Shown in pieces: positions 14,083 to 27,497 of a DNA stretch of 64,000 nt. Under the pieces are notes generated by a model. It had not been told where the DNA came from, did no database searches, and was given only the letters and a program-made list of their open reading frames with translations. Numbering within the stretch: the first letter of the stretch is position 1; each line of letters begins with the position of its first letter. A program made the position numbers and the translations under genes. The stretch comes from Octopus sinensis (lineage: Eukaryota): contig NC_043011.1 in assembly GCF_006345805.1 (NCBI RefSeq), positions 40,312,464-40,376,463 on the forward strand. The letters run 5' to 3'.

Positions 14083-14305
14083 AGGTGGCGAGCTGGCAGA
14101 AATGTTAGCATACCGGGCGAAATGCTTAGCGGTATTTCGTCTTTACGTTCTGTTTTCAAATTCCACTGAGGTTGACTTTGCCTTTCATTTTTTCAGGGTT
14201 GATAAATTAAGTACCAGTTGCATACTGGGGTTGATCTAATCGACTGACCCCCTCCCCTTCCCCAAAATTTCAGGCCTTGTGCCTAAAGTAGAAAAGAATA
14301 GAGAG
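14083..14305 (+). mobile_element. tRNA-derived SINE, family A, full-length with 10-bp TSD
   Basis: A-box-like ggcagaaatgttagc, B-box-like ttcaaattcc, core gcctttcat...gggttgataaattaagtaccagttg, tail ggccttgtgcctaaagtagaaaag. AGAGACAGTA at 14073-82 and 14306-15. Confidence 0.85.
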
Positions 14306-14429
14306 AGAGACAGTAGTGAGTGTCTTGCTAAACAGGAGATACATGGCTTCCTCAGCTGGAAAGAAAGAGGGATGGATGGTGCTGGTAAACTCTCAAGGTA
14401 CAAGGTAAATATAAGAGAGAGAAGAGGGA

Positions 14430-14930
14430 TCATGGAATAGAAAGTATGGGTGGATAGGTAAGTTTGCAAGAGTGTGACGAGTTCAGGATAAATTCCACAG
14501 TTTGAAATTGCTGTCAAGTGGACTTGTGTGAGATATTAGCATTGGCCAAAACCAGTGTTTGCACTTGTTCAGTGTCTGACTGTTGCTGACTTGGGGTTTA
14601 TTATGTCAAATTACTGTTGCATGTAAGATAGATTCAGCTATCAACTAGGGTTGATGACTATCGTGTAAGTAGTTTTATAGTGGACAAGGTTGAAGACACC
14701 AATAATGAGCAGTTTTTCTTCAGCCAGCCCTTCATCAAATCCCACTTAGAGAGGAAGGTGCTCCAGTAGATTAGCTGAAATTTGGGTAAGAGTGGTGTGA
14801 AATAACCCAAGTGAATTTCTTCTTTCAACATGAGCTCTAGGTTGGAGACTTTGACTGAGAGAGGGTACGTGGGGCTAGAGTTCTGTTATTGGTGCTGTCT
14901 GGCTGATAAGAATAGATATTAGACCTTGAT
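14430..14930 (-). mobile_element. Highly degenerate non-LTR retrotransposon RT fragment (CR1/Jockey-like)
   Basis: Minus-strand pieces PDSTNNRTLA (cf. P.NYRPIAL) and SNCGIYPELVTLLQTYLS (cf. .YGI...L..WI..FLS). Many disablements. Confidence 0.4.
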
Positions 14931-15320
14931 CTTCGCCAAAAGACTTCCTATTCTGACATTTCATCTTTTTATACACCTAATTTTATGCTTCTTTTCTTCA
15001 TACTATAACTTCTTGACTTGCCCTTGTAATGTCCCCTCATCATTACAAGAAGTGATTATTATTGATTTAAAAAATAGGGGCACTGGATTGGCAGAATCAT
15101 TCAAGCATCAGACAAAGTGCCATGTAATATTTGCTCTAGCTTTTTAGAGGTCAACTTTGCCTTTGTTAAAATAACAGCCAACTGGAGTCAGTTCAGTTAG
15201 CTAACCCCAGTCTCTCCCTTGAAATTCCAGGCCTTGTGCTTATGTTTTAAAAACAAAATTTGATGGTAATATTACAAAATGATTAACACATGCTTACTTT
15301 TTGTTTTCTTGTTTTTCCAG

Positions 15321-15444
15321 GGAGGATGGAAAAGATAGTATCAAATTTTATACAGATTCTCACTTCTTTGTTGATTTCTGGTATGCTGAGATGCAAAAGG
15401 ATATTGAACAGAAAAAGACAGAAATTAAAGCAAGAAAAAAGAGA
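15321..15444 (+). CDS. WASF: WAVE/SCAR-family gene, internal coding exon (meander region and basic region)
   Basis: Acceptor ttgttttcttgtttttccAG (15319-20) and donor GTaagt (15445). CG+G completes Arg from the previous exon, then EDGKDSIKFYTDSHFFVDFWYAEMQKDIEQKKTEIKARKKR (cf. WAVE [30 protein letters not shown]). Ends in phase 0. Confidence 0.95.
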
Positions 15445-18400
15445 GTAAGTTTTAGTTTGAGTCAACTTTGCAAAACTTTGCTAACAAATAAGTTTATGTC
15501 TTGTATTTTCTCTTTTTTATTTTCAGTATTATTATTATTATTTTTTTTACCTTTTTCTTCTTTTTCATTTAAAGAGGAACATATATTTGTGATTTGCTCT
15601 GTACATTAGTCTTGTAAATGTGTTAGGTGGGTGTATAGTTAATGGAAACAAAAAGAAAATCCCTTATAAATCTTCGGAAAGAACCGGAATATGAAGAATG
15701 CTAATTTGAAACACGCTAGTATTTTGCAGAAGTTTACAAGCACATGCATGCACACCAATCTTCACATGCATCTGTGTACTTTTTACTGAGACAATTTGCA
15801 CATCTATTTTGTTGCCAACAATTTAGTCTTTCTAGTATTTTTTGAATTAAATTGTTTTTAGCAACTTCATTATCCCTGACAAATTTTCATTGGGTTTTGA
15901 AACCATGTCTATCTTATTCTGTGTTACCCTGATGGTTTTCTTTCAACAAAACCCTTCATTGCTGTTTTAAGTATTGTGAAGGGTGTGGTTCACTGATGAG
16001 ATCAGAATAAGACTACAGCTTGTCTGGTGTTATCTCCCATAGTTGCTGCAAAGAAATTTTAGTTAATATAGTTTTTTTCTTTTTGGTATCATCATTTATT
16101 TCTATGCTTAAAGTGTTAACAGTAACTTTTTGTCTTAACTTGAACAATTTTTCTCTTCTGTTCTTTTTGTCATTTATAGTTTAAAAAAAACAAAAAAAAC
16201 CTCTCCAAAACTATGCAATTTGGTGTTGAATTTTTTTTAGACACATGTTCTGTGGTTCATTTTCATTTCCTTTATATATATATATATATATGTAGTAAAA
16301 ATGAAAGCGCTATAAACAGATCAACACACTTCTCTTTGTTTCAGGCAGTTCGTATACTTGACTGCACAAAATCATGAATGTGTTTCTGTTAATTTTGCTA
16401 TGAATGATAGTGGACGATAAAACTGTTACTTACTTTCATTCCTAACTCCGTCTTGTGTTAGTACTTTATTAACTAAAGTGTGGGGTTGTATACCTTAATA
16501 TATTTGCTGTTAGCAAACAACCAACCTGTTTTATAGTCAAAATTGTGAAGCTGTGTGTATGTGTGCGTACCTATGTGGTTCTACCAGTACGGTCAAAATG
16601 ACACTCAAATAGAAATCCTTTTATGTGAAATTTCCTTATAGTTTTAACATTTCTTAATGTTTGTTCACATGTGAACAACTGAAATTTTAATTTGCAATTT
16701 TAACATCACTAGTAAAATTACTGCAGTTATGTAACAAAGGTCAAATGCAGTAATCTTTCCAAATTCTTCTTTTTTTTTTTTCATTATAAGAATTATTCTA
16801 TTTTTTAAAAATATATAACTAAGAACAGATTTATCATCTTAAAATTGAATGAATTACTTCCCTTTGACATGAACAGCAGTTAGCAGTTTTAAGACGAAAA
16901 CTACTTTGTTAAATTAAGCAGCAAGAAACCACTCACTTGTAATGCGTCTATATTCGAGCAAAAGGGATTGTCCTAGCTTATTACTTCTAAATACAGTTAC
17001 GGGAAATCCGAGAGGGAAATAGCTGTTATATCTTTACATGTAAACCCCTAAAGCAGTGCTACAAGATAACTATGAGTAATAAAAATGAGAACTTGCATTT
17101 TAAATCTCTCTTCCTCATTAGGACTTGCCTTGTACAAACAATGCTGAAGATATCTATGCATATACAGGCATATTTGCTCCTTGAAACTTATGTGTGTGCA
17201 TCACACACATACACACACACACACACAGCAAATACAATCAATTGTATTTGAAAGAAAAGATCAGTTGTTAGAAGTACAAGGGAAGACTTTCCTCATGTAC
17301 ACATGGGTAATATTGTATCAATAAGATAGGGTTCTATGGGACACATGAAGAAGTCAGTTACCTATCTTCTACGTGGTTGCTCTATCTGCTAGAAATAGCA
17401 GTTGCATCTCGTTGAAAACCTGTTATCAGAGTGCTAAGAAGTGACATTAGTTGTATCAATCTTTACTTGTCGACTGCTTCTGTCTCATGGTTAAGTATTT
17501 AGAATCGGGAAGGATCTCGTAGTATAAAGATATTTCTTTCTACATTATGAGTAGAATTTTACCAAATTTTCTTTGGTAACAGAGAAAGAGAAGAAAAAGC
17601 CTCTACCACATGAAAGCTATAAACAACGCATGTGAAATTAGTTTTATATATCTGCACATACATATATGTATGTGTATGTGTGTGTGTATAAATATATGCA
17701 TGTAGATACATGTATATGTATGTATATGTCTATGTAAGTGTCAGTATTCATTCATGGGGAAATTTTCTAAGGTTACGGAGGTTTCACAAATTCTATAGGT
17801 CCCAAAGTATGCTACATTTTACTGTAAAAGACAAGAGATTAATGCCTGGTTAGTTCTGTACAGACATAATATCAGATACGTGTGTGGAGAGGCAATTGGT
17901 TGTGTCTATAAGCTATGACTATTTTCTTCTGGGTTGCAAGTTCCACTGTCAGCGTTTCATTGTTTCTTGGCAGAACAATTGATTCTCAATGATCTCAGTT
18001 TGCACGTCTATCAGAAATAGGGTTGCCAGACGTTCCGATCACATACAGTAAGGTTGCGGACCACAAATGTAGGTGATTGTGTGTGTGTGTGTGTGTGCGC
18101 GCGCGTTTGTGGATGAGTGACTGTTAGTGTACGTGTGTGTGTGTGTGTGTATATATGCGAGACCTACAAAGCTTTTGAACTGTTTGCCCCAGTAACTTAT
18201 GTTTATGTATATTCCACCCATGACACACACACACATGTGCACGCTCGCTCACATTCACACGCAACACACACACACACACACACACACGATTTCAGTACTG
18301 AAAGGTTTTTCAGTTGTTAACATTGTATTATGCTCTTAGTCATCCTAGTTCACTTTCTTGTTTTCATGACTCATTGCTTTGATCTGCCTGTATCCATGGT

Positions 18401-18879
18401 TCGACTCACACTGTCAGCTATGCCAGTGTTCACAGAAGCAAAGCCAGTCGTGCATGGTTATACATATGAATGTATATATACAGCAGCTCCACAGTGAAAT
18501 ATGATGGTGTAGGATGCAGAAAATATAAGGGCTTAGTTGTATGACTCTTAATTAGGCATTGTAAGCTCCTAATCATCAGGCCTGGTCCCTACTGCTGCTG
18601 GTATTGTCAACCAGTTTTATGGTATATAGCCTTATGAAATATTAAAAGGCATAGTAACTTTGAGATATTGTAGTAGTTTTTTTTTTTTTTTTTGTTTTGT
18701 TTCTGTTTCCTTATAGAATGAAGCTTGGTTATATAGTGGAGATGTATAGTGTAGCCGTGCAGTATTGTATGGTGTTTGGAGCGCTTCCAATGTTTTTCGT
18801 AATTTAAATAGATGCTGTAAGCATTATGTCAGAGCTTTCAAATCGCTCCAACACTAGTTACACGAGTTCCTTTTCGTAG

Positions 18880-19026
18880 GAGCTTAATCCCTTTCCTCTG
18901 GCACCAACCATATGGGCATGGGAATCTAGCCAGACTATTGCTGATTATTGTGATGATGATGATGATGATGATGATGATGTTGGCGATAGTACTGATGATG
19001 ATGATGACGGCTGGTTGAATGATTAA
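18880..19026 (+). CDS. Candidate alternative terminal exon encoding a 48-aa acidic tail (ELNPFPLAPTIWAWESSQTIADYC-D9-VGDST-D5-GWLND*)
   Basis: ttccttttcgtAG acceptor at 18878-79. The phase-0 frame matches the donor at 15445 and stays open to TAA 19024-26. AATAAA at 19412. No transcript evidence is available. Confidence 0.35.
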   Translation, partial: ELNPFPLAPTIWAWESSQTIADYCDDDDDDDDDVGDSTDDDDDGWLND

Positions 19027-20289
19027 GGATGAAAAGTTTTACATTGATAGACTGCTCCTGATCAATTTTAAGTGAAGAAAAAAGCCAACAAAATGTCTGG
19101 TGGTTGGAGAGTAGGTATTTGATGAATGTGGCTGCATCGGCTATTTGCTGAATCACACTGGATTATTAAATACAGCCACTTAGCCATTATCGGCAGCGCC
19201 GATTTTGAGCTTCAAAGAGCAACCAAGAAATATTAACTCTGAGTGAGTCAGCCTTATTGTAGGGTATTCTTTCAAACAAAATTGCCGGCTTCTTTTTTGA
19301 TTTGTGATTAATAATTGGAGTGACTTAACTTTGTATTCTTAAACACTTCGGAAAAGACATTCACATGACAACATTTTTGCTTCTTTGTAAGGCATCAGGC
19401 CTACTTTAAGAAATAAAAGAAAGATAGAATTTAAGAGGGAGAAGAGAGAGTGTGAGAGAACTATAACAATTAGCAAAATGACCTGCCCTAATGAGTGGAG
19501 TTATGTACGATGATGACTGCATTACACTACAACACAAATAGGAGAGACTAAGTGGATTATTGTGGAAAAAAAACATTTATTTGTTAAGAAAGAAGTAAAG
19601 CAGTCGAGGGTTTATTTGTTTTGTTTTTTGAGAAGGAGACAGGAAGTTGTAATGATTTTAACTTTGGCTGAGGGGGACATTTACAACATAAGTGAAGCGA
19701 AATGGTTTCAATGGGCAATCAAGCCTATGAAGTGGGCATGGCTCATTAGAAGTATAATGATGATAATAATAACAGATTGTAAGTAATTTATAAATATACG
19801 CACACACACACACACACAAAGAAAAGTACTTGAGTTCTAAAACCATGGAATTTTTGCTTCTCATGGCACACTAACTTATTTCATTTTGTGCACTTTATAG
19901 ACTCGGAACTGTTGTAGACTACGTCTAAAATTTTTTTGCAGATAGAATGCCTTTATGCAAACTTGACCATCTAGAAATACAAGTCAAATATTTCCTGAAA
20001 TCACACTCTGCCATTTTGAAAAGCGAAAGGGCCCATTGAATAATGTTATTCTAGATATACTATGTGTGGGAAAATAAAGATGGGAATAATCTGGGAAATG
20101 TTTTATCATAGAACCGCTTGGTCAGGGTTAATTCAGCTTCTAGTCAACTAATAGTAACTGCAAGTTTCTTTTTGTGTACAATTGCCAGTATGGAAAGGTA
20201 AATGTAGAATATTGATCACACACATACACATAACAACTCTTTGTGTGTGTATGTGTATATATAAATGTTTTTTCTCTTGCTAAGTCTGG

Positions 20290-21110
20290 GGGACAACATT
20301 TACGATCTAAGTAAGTCTTCGGAAAAAATGATCCTGTCAGTGTTCCATTTAACTTATTGCTGATCAACATCTGTAGGAAACACGTGAGCAGGGAGAACAT
20401 TCAAGAGAGGTCGCTATACTGAGATGGATTGACTATGCATAGTTGTTACTTGGAGGCTCATTGAAGAGGAGCAGCATTCTTTGAGATGTAGTCTGAGATA
20501 TGTTGTAGATGTGCTTTCACCAGGGGAGATCCTCAGTAATAGTTAAGCCTGTTTGGAGTGACTTTGAGGTCTGCAACCAAGTGCTTCTCATGTCTAGAGG
20601 TGTGTAGTACAGTGGTGTTTTCTTGATAGTATGAGTAGTGCAGGATTTTTTTATTGCTGTCAAAGAGACATGGTTGGCATGGCTCCACTAGATAATGCAC
20701 TCGTGGTTTCCTTTTACGAAATTGATGCAGGTTTTGTGTGTGGATTCTAAGGTTCCACGGAGATGAGGCATTAGTTGGGGAAGGTTAGGGTAGAATGAAG
20801 GTTCATATCATTTGCAGAAGGATAAGGTACTATTGGAGATGACAGTAATTAGGTTGTTGAAGCAAAGAAAGAAGAGAATGGGAGGCAAACCCAAATCCTG
20901 GCGAGCACCAGAGTTGAGAGCATTGTAGGAAAAGCTCTGTCAACACATGCTGCAGTAGTGTGACCTGATAGTGAGCTACTGATCTAGTAGATGGGAAATG
21001 GATAGAGGCCATAGGTGGGAAATTTTGACGGGCATTTGCTTGTCGTACGTGATTGAAATCATTACTGAGGTCTGGCATGTAGTGTTAGTGTTTAACTGTT
21101 CAATGGACGT
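20290..21110 (-). mobile_element. Possible degenerate Penelope-like element remnant (RT C-terminus/GIY-YIG region)
   Basis: Non-microsatellite sequence of balanced composition. Minus-strand remnants CSPCSRVSY...DR..FSEDLLRS weakly resemble C..C...YIGET....DRF.EH.RS. Weak support. Confidence 0.3.
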
Positions 21111-23768
21111 TCAAGTTGAAAATCCATCATGAGCGTTTTATTGTATTTACAGAAGGCTCAATTAATTCTACATTGTCTCGGTTTACTTAGCTGCTGAAAG
21201 TTGTCATCTGGGAATGTGAGCTCTGACTGAGTATCTTCCTATCCCTGAAGAGCTTTATCTCTCTATCATTCAGCTTAGTCTGTCAAATGTAATTATTTAT
21301 TCACTATGTTTTGAATTAATTATGCATTTATCTTGTAGTGTCAAGATTTTAGTGATGTGATTTTTGGAATGACTTTGTAGTGTAGGTGTGAGAGGCCAGA
21401 TTTGGCTGGTGTGAACATAAGACCTGTAGAATAGTTAGGCCAGATATTGCCAGTTTAAATACTAAAATACTAAAGGATTATATCAGGTGCCTCAGAAACA
21501 AAATCCTTTAAAAATCTGTTTTCAAAGTCTCCTCAAAGTTTTGGAGACCTGTTGAAATGGAAACATTTAAGCATATGCTTTTGTAAGAAAATTATGTACC
21601 ATGGAGTAGGGCACCTCAATGAATGAATTCTCTATCAGAATATATTTCTGATTTAGCTTGAAGATTGTTATAATTCCTAGGAAGAATATGTTGGTCTAAG
21701 AACTAAAGGATTTCAATTATAGCTAAGTTAATTATGTGCATCAATCACTATCCAAAATAAATCTTATGGCGGTTTGTAGGAGATTTGGCAGTTAGTATAC
21801 AAAGAGAAATTATATAACACATGCACACATACACAGTGCCAAAGTTAATTGATTTAACTAGAATTTATTTCTAGATTAACTCTCAAGTAATTTCTAATCT
21901 TGTTGTAACAGATCTCTAGAGCTTATGTGTCCAATTAATGAAAGGACTTGAGTTTGGCAGTTATGGTAGAACTGTGCTGACCCTTGCTTTTGCATGTGTG
22001 GGTGGTGAAACATGTCAGCTGAAAACATAATTCCCAGTGTATATGGTTGTGTGATTGAGTGCATTGAAGAAATCAAATATGTCTACTGACATTGACGTTT
22101 TCTCTCTCTCTCTCTCTCTCTCTTTCTCCCCCCTTCCCTACCCATACATGCACAACCTCTACACAACTGTTCTAATTTCTGATTACATAATTTCCAGGCT
22201 GTTTCAGTACGCTCATGTAGTACTTGATGTGTATTTTCAGACCTACACTCTTGGTGGGATTTTCTTTTCTTACTTGAACCTCTTATCTCCTTGCATAATA
22301 TGCCCTCTGTCAGGGTTTATAGTCTTGCAAACTGCATGGTGACCTCACTGGTGCAAAAGTACCCAGTACATTCTATAGAGTAATTGGCGTTAGGGAGAGC
22401 ATCCAGCCATAGAAACCATGTCAGAATAGACAGTGGATTACACTGCAGTCCTTGGACTCATTGAATCCTGTGAAATTATCCAACCCATGCCAGCAGGTAA
22501 CAAGGCTGTCTGATGACAATGATATGATGAAGTATATTGGCCCCTTCATATATAAGCTTGGATGTGTGGCAAAGAAGCTCACTTTGCAAACCTTGGAGTT
22601 TCAAGTTTGATCTTACTCTATGGTACCATGAGCAAGTGTCTTCTGTCATACCCTCAGACTGGGCAATACCTTGTGATTGAAATATAGTTTAACGTGTGAT
22701 GATTGGTGGAATAAAAATGCTCTACTTGGAAAAGATATAAGGGTTGGCAACAGGAAGGGCTTCCATCCATAGAATCCTGCTTCAATAAGTTTCATCTAAC
22801 CCATGCCAGCAACAATGGTGGTTGTGTGTGTGTGTGCACGAATAAAGCAGTGTGTTGGAAATGGCATTGGCCTTTGCACTGTTTTTGAGATTGATGAGAT
22901 TAATACAGTTGACATGATGTTGTAACATTGCAAGGAGACAGTTTCTAAGGGGACACCTGACTGACTGAAATGTTTAGTATATGAACTGGGAGCTGAGACA
23001 CAGGGTAACAGGAGGAGGAGAAATGAGTGGATCACATGGAGAAGGTAGGCAGCTCACTTATTTGGGGAGAGCAGAGACCATTGTAGGAGGGATGAAAGAG
23101 AGATATATTGCGGGAAAACTGCATGTTTGTGGGCAACGAGTTGAAACATGTTGGTGAGTGAATCTTTACCAGTCAGCTGAACGGTCTTTTGTATTTGCTC
23201 TAGGATATTTATGTTGTTGCAGCAACATTTCCCTTCTGTCCCCTTGTGTGTGTGTGGTTAATAGTTATTGTATAAATAGAATCTTTGTAATATAAACTTA
23301 AAATTTTCATTTACAAGTATAACCTAAGACAATTGAACAAAATGCCTCCAAGAATTGAACCATGTATTTCTTAAACTGGATGTTAGCAATTTCGCCAAAG
23401 TACTTCTGAATGACAAAACCCATCACATTAGTTCTTATAAGCATCTTACTGGATAATCTAACATTGTTTACTTCCACTCATTACACATGAGTATCTTAAG
23501 TATTTTAACACCCACTTAACCATAGGTTGACAGATTGCTCCTGTGTGTCTAATGTAGTCCAGTAATACACATTAAAATTGCTGTGACTATAAATGAGATA
23601 ACCCCAGAATATGAAAAGTAAAAAATCATAATGTAAATGGTTGTTAATTTTTTTAAATATTAACTTAAAAGGATTGTTTCGAAGTACAACACAAGACAAG
23701 ACGTGAACAGAACCTACAGGAAAGATTTTATGTAATATTATATGTGTATAAGCACTGGTAACAGAGTA

Positions 23769-24170
23769 AAGGGCAGACTAGATGTTGCATGTGTACAAAG
23801 CGTGATGTTGCATGATAGCAAGATATGAGCCTTAAATGCAGAAGATATGTGATGGCCAACAAGAAATGCAGTGAGCATGCGCTAATTGTTGTGTAATGTT
23901 AACATGCTTGAATGGCAGAGCATTCAGTTTAGAAAAACTGGATGCGAAATGGACCAGGTGTAGTGTGCAAGAGAGAAGAGGGTACTGGTACAGACATCAT
24001 GATTTGTTTGGATAAAGAAGTGCCAATCATTCTAATTGGGTGGAACCTGTGGAAGAAGGATGCAAAGGGAAACGAAGATAAAATAATGAAAATTGAGATC
24101 AAAGGGTTGATTCTCAAAAAGAAAATAGCAATGGACCACAAGTGGTTAATAGATGTGTTGGAGAAGACCT
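23769..24170 (+). mobile_element. RTE-clade LINE, degenerate 3' fragment of ORF2
   Basis: KGRLDVACVQSVMLHDSKI*ALNAEDM (cf. KGRLY..CVR..MLYGSETW), then CSVQERRGYWY.H (cf. RRLRW.GH), ending VLEKT. Multiple stops. Confidence 0.75.
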
Positions 24171-26719
24171 ACTTATGGAAAAACAGCCATAACAATGATT
24201 ACAGTGATGGTCGTTGACATGGTTCATATTGCAGTTTGGGTCTGTCTCACTCAAAATGCTCGTCTCGCTCTATTTTGCTGGCAATGTTCTGGATCTGTTC
24301 ATATTTAATCCAACTGTCACCCATTTATATTGCTGTACATCTCGCCCTCCCCATTATTTCCTCATTGTTGACATCCATCACCATTCTTCACTCTGCAAAG
24401 TACATTTGTTTTGTTTGCCTTAGTTTGCCTGGCTGAACATCTGTGCCAACCATGCATGAGATTTGTGTCATCAGTAGGAGGAAATGTGTATTGATGAAAT
24501 GTAAACTTAGAGAAAACCATTCCAGTAGTTAGCAAGCAAAAACAGATAAATGCAAAGTAGTTAGAAGTATGTATTAGTGGTTGGAGTAATATACTTACTT
24601 TGCTTTTATTACAGTTTCCAACATTATATTTTTGATGTGCGTAAATATTTTTGTGGATTTAACTTCTAATCTGAGAAAATGTGTGTAGACAGAAAATATA
24701 ACACCTGAAGACTATTGACTAATGTACCAATTGAAATGTAGTGTGAATCTAATAAATTTGAAAGAAAAAAAAATGTGCAGTTGATAGTTTGATTCATTGC
24801 TGTAAGTTTGATAAATTTAGATTGCTTTTGGCATCAAGGTTTTGTATTAAGTTGTAAATAAACACATAATCAGGTAACAGGGCAGAGGAGCAAGTAAGAG
24901 AGATAATACTAAATTTAAAAAAGTTACTTTCTCTCACCCCTACCACCTATTCTTCTTTCTCTCTCTCTCTTTCTTTTTCCTGGCAACCCCCATCAACTGC
25001 TTCTTGGCTGAGTTATCGTGTTTCAGCTGTGTTATTGACAAGTCTTTTGTCAGAAATGGAAAGAAAGCTGTATCGACTGATCAGGAAATATTTGATATTC
25101 TGCTGTGAATGCATCTCAGTTTAGAGAAATGTGCACTTGAGGACAAGGAAGTCGGTTCCTTTGATAACTCTGCTCTCGGCAATTACATAAAACTTCATAT
25201 CACTAGTTTATAGATAAACACCATAATTATCATTATTATTATTACTACCACCATCGCCACTGGTACTATTATTATTATTACTATTATTGTCAACAGGGTG
25301 TTATTTTCAGTGCAACTTCTAAGGTCAGTTGTATTCTTTTGCTTTAATGTTTTCGGGATTATTTTTTTTTGATTTTATATTTGGGTTTTATACATGTTTT
25401 TTTACATTGGTATTTTCTGTTTTTCCATTTTTTTTTTTTATTGGGATTTATTTATATGGATTTTTTTTCTTTAATGTACAGGATTTGCCATAAGGTTGTT
25501 TGTGTGTATATGTGTGTGCGCGCGTATAAGATTTCCTTTAAGTTTTTGGTTTGGCTTCTGTTTTGCTTGTGGAAATGCTTTAATAGTTACTTAGAGTATT
25601 AATCCCGTTACCTATTAGTACTAGTCTGACAATAGCTTTTGTTTACCAACACACATTCTCTCTCTCTCTCTCTCTCTCTCGCACACACACACATTTTTCA
25701 TTGAGTATTTATGCCAATATATCTATCACCAAGCATAAAAAGCTTTAACATGTAGATTAGTCAAAATACAAGAAGGTAACTAGAACTAGTTTTTGAGTGA
25801 AAAATGTATGGAAATGTAAAAAAATAATAATGATTTGTACTTTTGGGTGGAAAATTTAACAGTGCTATTTCAACTAGTATTTGAAGAAATTCACGTGTTT
25901 AGATCTAAGGACATGAACATTTCTTTTCCACTTTGGGTTACTGGTAAGGTGCTAAGATTTAGTTATTTTCTTTTAGTTGTTTTGTTTTCTTGCATATGTT
26001 GATTCACATTGAATACCTCTTTTTAACATATGTGCAACCCCTTCATAATAATTACCATTTTCAGTACAGCTTCCTGTTTGTTATTATTATTATTATTATT
26101 GTGTTGATGGCAAGCTGGGAAAATTTTTCAGTATGCTGGACAAAATGCTTACCAGCATTTTGCCTTCCTTGTGTGCTCAGATTTCAAATTCAGCTGAAGT
26201 TGACTTTGCCTTTCATCCTTTAGGGATTGATGAAATAAGTACCTGTTGAATGCTCACATCTTGGTAATTGAGTAGCCCTCACCACCAAAATTTCAAGCCT
26301 TGTGCCTATAGTAGAAAGGATTATTATTAGTTGTAGTATTAAGGTGGTAAACTGATAGAAGCATTGGTACACTATATAAATTGCTTAGTGGCATTTAAGG
26401 TCGATGAAATGAGTATCAATTGAACACTGGGGTTGATGTAATTGACTAGTCCCCTCTCCAAAGCTTTCAGGCCTTGTGCCTATGGCAAAAAGAAGTATTG
26501 TTATTCTGAGCTTAGCTATCATGTTAGTAATACTATGTTACAGAGAAAGTTTCAGATGCAAATGGCTTTCTGAAAAGAGATTTGGCTTAAGGGACATAAA
26601 ATCTGATTCTGAGTTCTTCCATCAACTTTTTTGTAAGCTTTCTGTCTCATTTCTTAGAAGATCATAAAACCCTCTGCATAAATAGTTACCATTCTCTTAT
26701 TTAATATATCTATGGGCCA

Positions 26720-26928
26720 AGACGATGAGCTGGCAGAAACGTTAACATGCCAGGCGAAATGCTTAGCGGTATTTCGTCTGTCTTTACGTTCTGAGTTCAA
26801 ATTCTGCTGAGGTTGACTTTGTCTTTCATTGGGGATCGATGAATTAAGTACTAGTTGTATACTGAGTAAATCTTATTGAAAGGCCCCCTCCCCTAAAATT
26901 TCGGGCTTTGTACCTAAAGTAGAAAAGC
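26720..26928 (+). mobile_element. SINE family A, full-length with 13-bp TSD (1 mismatch)
   Basis: Same consensus as 14083. TATCTATGG(G/A)CCA at 26707-19 and 26929-41. Confidence 0.85.
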
Positions 26929-27278
26929 TATCTATGGACCATTTTACCCTTTGGTTCTGGTAATTATGCAAGTCTGCTTAGTCCAATAATTAGCAAATGC
27001 CTGTTGCAGAAAAATACACTGCTGTGGGCCTTCAAATAAGGCAATTGGCATGATAATTAGAAGGCATGTGAATTACAACCAGATACAGTGTTAACTATAA
27101 GCACCAGACAATGACAACCAGAATGACTGACCTATGTCGACCAGATTAGATGTTTAACCCTGAAACCTATATATGCTGACCAATAACATTACCTTAAACC
27201 AATTGTTGTGGAACTGTGTCAGTGATCAGGTCATATTTGGTGCAACGAAAATTTTGACACCAAATGATAACTGTTTAA

Positions 27279-27497
27279 CTCTTAAGCATTTTGATTATTC
27301 TGTCAAAAGTAATGCTTATTTATTCACATTGTTTTGAATTAATTGTACATTATCTTGTGGCTTTGGGATTTTGATGATCTGATTGTTTATTTTTAAAATG
27401 ACATTGTAGAGCAGGTATGAGAGGATAGATCTGGCCAGTTTGAACATAATTAAGTTGAATATTTTGGCTGGCTAAGGCCAGTTTCGATGCTAAAGGG
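27279..27497. mobile_element. piggyBac-type MITE, same family, opposite orientation
   Basis: TTAA|ctcttaagc...gctaaaggg|TTAA. The interior is the reverse complement of 60267-60483. Further copies at ~21260-21481 and a partial at ~8263-8365. Confidence 0.75.

Noticed and set aside
18935-19156. Minus-strand His-rich ORF
   Set aside because: It is the antisense reading of the (GAT)n array. The plus-strand frame with a splice acceptor is the more meaningful reading and is reported separately.
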